Shown here piece by piece: positions 56,391-64,000 of a DNA stretch of 64,000 nucleotides. Numbering within the stretch: position 1 is the first letter of the stretch; the number at the start of each line of letters is the position of its first letter. The notes under the pieces were generated by a model. It was not told the DNA's origin and made no database searches. It saw only the letters and a list, made by a program, of their open reading frames with translations. The position numbers and the translations under genes are program-made. This stretch comes from Octopus sinensis (taxonomy: Eukaryota), in assembly GCF_006345805.1 (NCBI RefSeq), contig NC_043019.1:16801360-16865359 (forward strand), in the 5' to 3' direction.

Positions 56391-57921
56391 GTTTGTTTTC
56401 TCGTTAATGCTGTGTTGTTAATTAAATTGATATATCTTTTCTATTATAGGCAGAAGGCCTGAAATTTTGGGGAAAGGGGTCAATTACACCAACCCCAGTG
56501 CTTAACTGGTACTTATTTCACAGATTCCGGAAGGATGAAGGACAAAGTTGACCTCAGTGCGATTTGAACTCAGAACGTAGCAGAGACAGACAAAATGCAG
56601 TGAAGTGTCTTGTCCAGTGTGCTAATAATTCAATCATCTTGTTAATTAAATTGATATAGAGTAATATAATTAATTAGTGAGAGCAAGTGAAAGTATTAAT
56701 GGAAAGTCTGTAACGATAGCCTCTTAGATGAAGTGTTAATTACACAGATTAAGGATGGTTTATCTTTTATTTTTTATCTTGTTTCAGTTATTTGACTGGC
56801 CATACTGGAGCACTGATATGAAAGGGTTTAGGTTGACCCTAGTACTTTATTTTAAAATCTGGTACTCCTATCAGGATCTTATTCCAAGCCATTAAGTTAT
56901 GGAGACGTAAACAAATTGTCATTGTCAAGCAGTGGGGAGGTGGTGGGGAATAAACACACTGGGCTTCCACACAGTTTCCATCTATCAAATTCACTTGCGA
57001 AGCATTGGTTGGCCTGGAGCTGTAGTAGAAGACATTTCTTCAAGGCGCTGCACAATAGGACTGAGCCTGAAGCCATGTGGTTGGGAAGCAAACTTCTCAA
57101 CCACACGGCACCACACCTGTCCCTGCGATCAATCCCTCAACACTGTCGGATTCACTTCAATGTAGCTGCCCAATAGAAAGGTTGCACTCATTATGTCCTA
57201 AAAAGCCTCGTTAGCCTTATTCCTAATTTAGTGTTGCCTGCCTATTTTCACACACTGATGAGCATCTATTTTCCAAATGAATTCCCCATCTCCTCTTATT
57301 TTACCTGCAGCCATCCTTTTGCAAATGTTCAAGCTCACACTCAATGAATCTCTCCGTTTTTGGGGTCCTGCAAAAATCTTAGGAATGCTCTTCCTCTTTT
57401 GTCACTGCATTATCATTGTTTTACTGTCCTCTTTTCCATGATTTTCCATGGGTCTGACAAAATTTATTCAAGCAGAATGCCTATGGGCAGAGGCCCTTGT
57501 TGCTAACCCTCACCTATTTCCAAGCATTGTAATATTTCACATTGGTTGCACTTTTTTCCATGGATGAATGGAAACATAATGCCACTTATAGAATGATAAT
57601 GATGATTGTTTACGACTCCTGTAATGTCAAGACAAAGGGACACGCGCACACGCACGCGCACACACGCACACACACACACACAATGGGTTTCTTCAGTTTC
57701 TGTCTACCAAATTCTCTGAAGACTTTGGTTGGCCCAGGGCTTTAGTAGGAGACACTTGTTGAAGGTGCTGTGCAATGGGACTGAACCTTAAGCCATTTGA
57801 TTGGAAAGTAAACTTCTTAAGAACTTTGTCTAACTTATGAAAAAAGAAATGTATTGAATTTTTTTTTACCTCAATTAAACCTGAATTAGGATTTTGATAA
57901 ACTGATTATTTTCTATTACAG

Positions 57922-58198
57922 CCAGGAATGTTTATAAAATTTTTCAACCTTCATTGCCCAAAGCATAAAACTCCGGATTTAGTTAATCCACCAGCTTATG
58001 AAGAATTGGAGCTTGTTCTACATCGAGGGACATCTTATGGTCGGGGCATAAAGATACTCTCTGGAACAGATCCAGAAATAGATAATCTCAAAAAGAGATT
58101 AGAGGAATTAACCAAGAAAGTGGAAAGAACTCATACAAGTCTTACAGATCCTAAGGGTTCCCCTTACAAGACTGTTAAAGGGATCAAAGTTAAAACAG
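57922..58198 (+). CDS. POT1: POT1 OB2 C-terminal exon (277 nt); later exons not identified in the window
   Basis: Encodes PGMFIKFFNLH...[36 protein letters not shown]..., matching human [38 protein letters not shown] donor. Confidence 0.95.
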
Positions 58199-58257
58199 GT
58201 AAGAATTTATTACTGATAATTTACCTGTGGATACATATATATCATATAAATTATCTA

Positions 58258-58311
<54 letters not shown>

Positions 58312-58321
58312 CATATATACA

Positions 58322-58679
58322 CTAGCACTATGACCCGGCGTTGCTGGGTCATAGTGCTAGTGCATGCATATACAGCTGCGTGTGCACAAACACGCGAGTA
58401 CTGTCCAAATCTCCGACCAATCACATACAGCTACCTGGCATTCAATTAGCGTATCAAGTTTCGGGCATTTTGATTGGGTTTTGGAAAGAAAATTCACAAA
58501 AAAGCCACTTCTCTTGATTTTTTAATGGCTTTGTGGGGTGACTGGGGAAATGTAAAGATGTGCACGACCACCCTTGGATGGTTTTGAATGACTATAGAAA
58601 GTGCGAGCCCTCTAACTGAAAAATTGTGAATTTGTATAAAGGACACACACGCAGGCATTTTGCCATTTATATATAGAGA
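58322..58679 (-). mobile_element. Non-autonomous Helitron
   Basis: On the minus strand it starts A|TC and ends CTAG|T, with a GC-rich hairpin at the 3' end, inserted in an AT microsatellite. Confidence 0.7.
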
Positions 58680-59104
58680 TACCACACTTTTGCCTGTCTC
58701 TTGTCAAAGCTCGTTTCTTCACTGTTCTCACTGTCCTGTTTTTGTTACCATTTTAACCCTCCACAAATCCCAGATTTTATTTAATTTGCTTTGCGGGAAC
58801 GACTGCTTTAATGAAGTTGCGTCTTGTCCCAATGTTCGAAACACGAAGTAGATAAAACGGGACAACTGATGAAGGGATTGTTCATTATGTTGCCTCTCTC
58901 GTTTCTTTCGTTGTTCGAAAAAGTTCATTTTCCATGTTCTTGTTTCTATATGTTTTTGTTTTCCATTTTGTTTACGTTTTTTTGACATCCTGTACCCATA
59001 TATGCCTGTATATATACATATATATGTAGGTATGTACATATATGTATGTTTATATGCATATATATGTGATCAAATGCCATGCAGCCATTTCCAAGTAAGT
59101 TTTA

Positions 59105-59524
59105 TCTGTATATATATGAAAGGCAGGATGTGTGTGTGTGTGTACGTATATGAATGTAATTTATGCACGTTCATAAATTAGCACGCATGTTGCTCCAATT
59201 TTAAGAAGACAGTTGTCATGACCCTAGCTGTATTTTTGTCAACTTATTTTTCCCAGAGGCACCAGCTAATAGCAGTAAAAAGAAATTTTCAACCAAAACT
59301 TTTAGCAATTTTCAAGTCAGAAAAATCACCATTGTTTGCAAATAGGAGTTAAGTCCCCTTCTAGCGACGAGTAAGCATTTGTTAAGACTTTTGTTGGTTT
59401 TTTACCATCGAGGAAAAAAGTGCTTTGATGATATACAGGACCCACACACGCACATGAATATGTATGCGTACAAAAAACATATGCAATAGGTGTACATACG
59501 TACATGTGTGTGTGTGTGTTGCCC

Positions 59525-59560
<36 letters not shown>

Positions 59561-60690
59561 ATATATAAACCAATTTCAATGGCTTTCGCCCTTACTTAGT
59601 TTGGTTTGAAATAAGGAACTTGATTAGCTTAATAATCCTAAGTTAATCTTGGGCAAAGCCAGGTTATACTTCTATGAGCGTCCAATAATACTTTGTTCCA
59701 CATCCTTGCGTTGTTGTCTTTTTGTTTTCTTGTTTGGATTAACTTTATATATATATATATTACTAGCAGTATAACCTGGGATTAAGTTATGATTATTAAG
59801 CTAATCAAGTTCTTTATTTCAAACCAAACTAATATCGACGTCAAATTTGGGTGAAATCCGTTGAAATTGGTTATATTATACATATATAAATATATTTGGG
59901 CAACAGATACGAACACACATACGTACGTACACCTATTGCATGTTGTGTGCATGCATACATGTTCATAAACAGAAATGAATGGAAAAAATGTTGTTAAATT
60001 TGTAGATTAATACTCGCACGATTTTCACTAAAAAAAAAAAGTAAGGCATCGTAATATGCTACAAAACCATTTTTGTGGTCTGTGAAACAGAGTGGGGTGT
60101 GGTGGAAGCCTCGGAAATTGTACCTATTTATATTGTGTAATTCACTGACAAATTGTTACCTACCTCTTTGTTTCTTTGTTGTTAAATAAATGGATTCTCA
60201 ACAAAACACATTTTTACTCAGCATAAAATAAAAGCAAAACTCTTTCGCACCCAAAGTAGTGTGTGTGTGAGAGAGAGAGAGGGGGGAGAAAGATGAACGA
60301 TTTAAAATAAATGATTGTGAGAAAGTATATATACTATGATTATAAAATATAGTGTCTTTCAAAAACAAAACATTTTATTTTTTATGAACGTTGTCACTTT
60401 CTCTCTCCCTCTCTCACTTTGTCTTTCCCATGAAACTCTCTGCCCCTCATCCACCTTTCTTTCTTTTTTTTTTTTTGTTAGACGCTGTCAAAAAAGCTAT
60501 GGCTGATATTTTTTATGGCTAAAAGCTATCCGCAGGTGCCTCGGGAGAAAAATAAGTTGACAAAACCCAGATTGGGTGTTGACGAATGTCCTAAAATTTG
60601 AGCGACATGCGTGCTAATTTGTGAATGTGCATAAACTACAATCACGTACACACGCACACACACACATCTTGTCTTATATATATATATATA
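59105..60690. mobile_element. Two related Helitron-like copies in tail-to-tail orientation (about 59105-59675 plus; about 59763-60690 minus)
   Basis: Segments 59110-59265 and 60530-60680, and 59590-59670 and 59763-59835, are diverged reverse complements. ACTAGCAGTATAACC terminus at 59762. Confidence 0.6.
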
Positions 60691-61541
60691 TATATATATA
60701 TCATCATCGTTTAATGTCCGCTTTCCATGCTGGCATGGGTTGGGCAGTTTGACTGGGAACTGGCAAGCCAGATGGCTGCACCAGGCTCTAATCTGATCTG
60801 GCAGAGCTTCTACTGCTGGATGCCCTTCCTAACCCAACCACTCTGAGAGTGCATTGGGTGCTTTTACACGAGGGCCAGTCAGGCAGTACTGGCAACAGCC
60901 ATGCTCAAATGGTGCTTTTACGTGTCACCTGCACAGGAGCCAGTCCAGCGGCACTGGCAGTGATCTTGCTCAAATGTTGTTTTTCATGTAAGGCGACACT
61001 GGTAACTCGAATGCTGCTTTTTACGTGCCACCGGCATGGGGGCCAGTCGACTTTCCCCAGACACAATAATATATATATAAATGCATAACTGAAAAAATTT
61101 GGAGTCAACAACAAAGAGTATGGTCAAACATTTATTTTCAATCACTACAATTGTTTCTACACAATGTAGTTCTCCAGGTGTGCAGGAAGTTGATTGTACA
61201 ACCATTTCCCTTCATTACGAGATCTAGTTGTATTTCCTCAGACGATATGTAAATATTGTCTCCATAAGTTCAAAATATTTCTATTTATTTATTCACACAC
61301 GACAGATGTCCAAACACAAACTTGGAAGTACGTATAATACAACTAGTGGATGGCATAGGGTGAAGTCTGAAGGGGGACAAGCTTTATACTGTACCCTACT
61401 ACGTTCTAAACAGCATCGTCATCATCATTTAACGTCCATTGTTTATGCTGGCATGGGTTGGATGATTTGACCAGAGCTGGGGAGCTTCACCAGACTCCAG
61501 CCTGATTTCGCATGGTTTCTATAGCTGGATGCCTTTCTTAA

Positions 61542-61762
61542 CCCTTTCGATACCAACCTGGCTGAAACCACCTCTGGCTTTGTAGTACAAATGTCTTGCT
61601 TTCATAAGTTTTGAATTAAAATCTTCCACCAAACCTTAGTCACAATTTATGTTCCCAACACTAGCTTAATGATAACTAAGTTATTTTACTAAATTCTTTG
61701 TTATATTTAAAGAAATTGAAAGAAACACAGAACATCTCAAAATAAATACAGTAACGAAAGGG
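61542..61762. mobile_element. piggyBac-type MITE (221 bp) inserted into a SINE; related fragment near 20110-20320
   Basis: TTAA|CCCTTTCGATAC ... GTAACGAAAGGG|TTAA. The interrupted SINE core (GGATGCC...ATGCCAACCAC) resumes after the right TTAA. Confidence 0.88.
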
Positions 61763-61957
61763 TTAATGCCAACCACTTTACAGAGTGTACTGGGTGCTTT
61801 TACATGGTGCTGCATGGGCACTTTTCTGTGGCCCCACCACAAGTGCTTTACACCACCAGAAGGCTTGGTCTTAGCACTTCTGTTACAGAGTACGAGTCTT
61901 CTATATATAGACGTGTGTGTGTGTATGTATGTATGTATGTATATGTGTGTGTGTGTG

Positions 61958-61995
<38 letters not shown>

Positions 61996-63277
61996 CCTAC
62001 TTTTCCATGCTTGCATGCAGTTTGTCAGAATTTGCTGGAGCAGATTTTCTTTGGCCCTTATTGTTGCCAACCCTCACCTGATTGTAAGCAAGGTAATATT
62101 TCTTTATAATTTTTAATGGAAGACTGGGAATGAAGGACATTGATTTTGAATGACAGAGACATTCATTTACAACTGTCATGTGATATGAAGGCAAGGAGAC
62201 ATACATACACACACACACACAATGGGCTTCTTTCAGTTTCCATCTACCAAATTCACTCACAAGGTTTGGTTCGGCCCAAGATTATAGTAGAAAGCAGCTG
62301 CCCAAAGTGCCATGCAGCAGGATTGAACCTGGAACTGTGTAGTTGGGAAACAAACCTCTTATGCCACACAGCTAGGCCTTAGCCATGGCTGTGTGTTAAG
62401 AAGGCTGCTTCCTAAACACATGACCTAAGGTTCAATCTCACTGCATTGCATTTGGGTAAACTGTCTTCTATAGCCATGAGTCAACCAAATTGGTTAAAGC
62501 CTTGTGAATGGATTTTGTAGATGGAAACTGAGAAACTGAAAGAAGCCCATTATTTAATGTCTGTGTTTGATGCTGGGATGGGTTGGACAGTTTGACTAGG
62601 GGCTGATGAGTCTAAAGTCTGCATCGAGCCCCCGATGTAGGCTTTGGAATAGTTTCTATGGTTAGATGCCAACCACTTTACAAAGTGTATTGAGTGCCCC
62701 TTTTTGTGCCACCAGTAGTGTTGAGATTGCCACGTAGCTTGCAAGTGTACAAACCCAAGCAGTGGAGCGATGGGAGAGTTTGTTAAATGGGGACTAAGGT
62801 ATGAGGGAAGACATTGGGAGAGAGTGAGAATGGGTTGGTGGTGAGGTGTCCTGGTGGTAGCTCAGGTAGGAGGAGTAGGGGGTTTGCAAGTGTATGGAGG
62901 AGGAGAGGGAGGGAGGTAGACAGCATTTGTAAAGATTGGGAAAGGTTGAAGGGATGGGGTGCACATGTTGGGGAGGGGAAGGACACATATGCCCCTCCAC
63001 ACACACACACACACACACACAGGCAATCAATATCTTTCAGTTTTTGTCTACCAAATTCACTAACACGGCTCTAGTTAGTGAATTTAGAAAATACTTGCCC
63101 AAGGTGCTGTGCAGTGGGACTGAACCTGGAACCACATGGTTGGGAAGTAAACTTTTTAATGACACATCCATGCCTGCAATGACTTATTGAAAATAATTTG
63201 TGATTAATCTGCTCAAAAGGCAAGAAATACTTTTGAAAATATAAGTTTTCTGAATATATGCAAAAGAAAATTGTGTT

Positions 63278-63625
63278 ACTCTTTTACTTGTTTCAGTCAT
63301 TTGACTGCTGCCATGCTGGAGCACCACCTTTAGTTGAGCAAATCGACCCCAGGACTTATTCTATCGGTCTCTTTTACCGAACCGCTAAGTTATGGGGACG
63401 TAAACATACCGGCATCCGTTGTCAAGCGATGTTGGGGACGGACGGACGGATGGACACACACACACATGATGGGCTTCTTTCAGTTTCCGTCTATCAGATT
63501 CACTCACAAGGCTTTGGTCGGCCCGAGGCTATAGTAGAAGGCACTTGCCTAAGATGCCACGCAATGGGAATGATCCCGGAATCATGTGGTTGGTAAGCAA
63601 GCTACTTACCACACAGCCACTTCTG
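63278..63625 (-). mobile_element. tRNA-headed SINE
   Basis: Same family as 55640-56046. Confidence 0.82.
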
Positions 63626-64000
63626 CACCTATGTTCTGATGTCTTTTAAATGTTCTTTTGCCATTTAAAGTTGGTTTTCTTTTTTGTTAAATTTGATAAT
63701 TGCTTCTTTTCTCTTTTTTTCTTTCTGACATCTCCATTAACCTAAGAAAGTTTTGACACATTCAGATTGATTGTTGACATCATTATTTGGTTGATATTAT
63801 TATAAATGTCATTGACCCAGGTTACGTCAGGATAAAAAAAAAAACCCCGAAAAATATACAGATTGCAGATATCACCTGGGAGATGGACATGTTATTGGTT
63901 CAAAATAGATTTTTTGATAAATTGGGTCATCCCATAAATAATGTTCTTTTTATACTTCTTTTATTTTTCAAAATTAAGATAAACAAAGTTCCTTTTTAAT

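Noticed and set aside
61170-61248. Possible next POT1 exon (phase 1-2, LQVCRKLIVQPFPFITRSSCISSDD)
   Set aside because: The frame and AG/GT ends are compatible, but the acceptor is weak and I see no similarity to POT1. It needs RNA-seq.

Overview
AT-rich, intron- and repeat-rich animal genomic DNA, so most of the six-frame ORF track is spurious. The SINE, MITE and LINE families look like those of Octopus (recognised from memory, not searched). Three spliced housekeeping genes can be rebuilt by hand with GT/AG junctions and consistent phases. (1) Exon 1 of a histone-fold protein, most likely POLE4 (minus, 459-668; the gene runs off the left edge). (2) A complete 12-coding-exon METAP2 (minus, 24429 to 8335; 1458 nt, 485 aa; all catalytic residues present). 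(3) The OB1-OB2 half of POT1 (plus, seven coding exons, 47023-58198), with a candidate ATG exon at 34545-34601. Mobile DNA includes a CR1-type LINE end split by a 910-bp solo LTR, RTE and L1/Tx1-like LINE remnants, a broken Merlin/IS1595-type transposase, piggyBac-type TTAA elements, non-autonomous Helitrons, a palindromic element carrying (TTAGGG)3, many SINEs and a 2.8-kb graded minisatellite. The most unusual structures are a 630-bp inverted repeat (one mismatch by eye) around the Merlin remnant, an E2F/CCAAT/E-box-rich solo LTR next to POLE4, a possible mitochondrial-presequence-like first exon for POT1, and a perfect 126-bp inverted repeat just before a POT1 acceptor. No novel multi-gene system can be established from the sequence alone.
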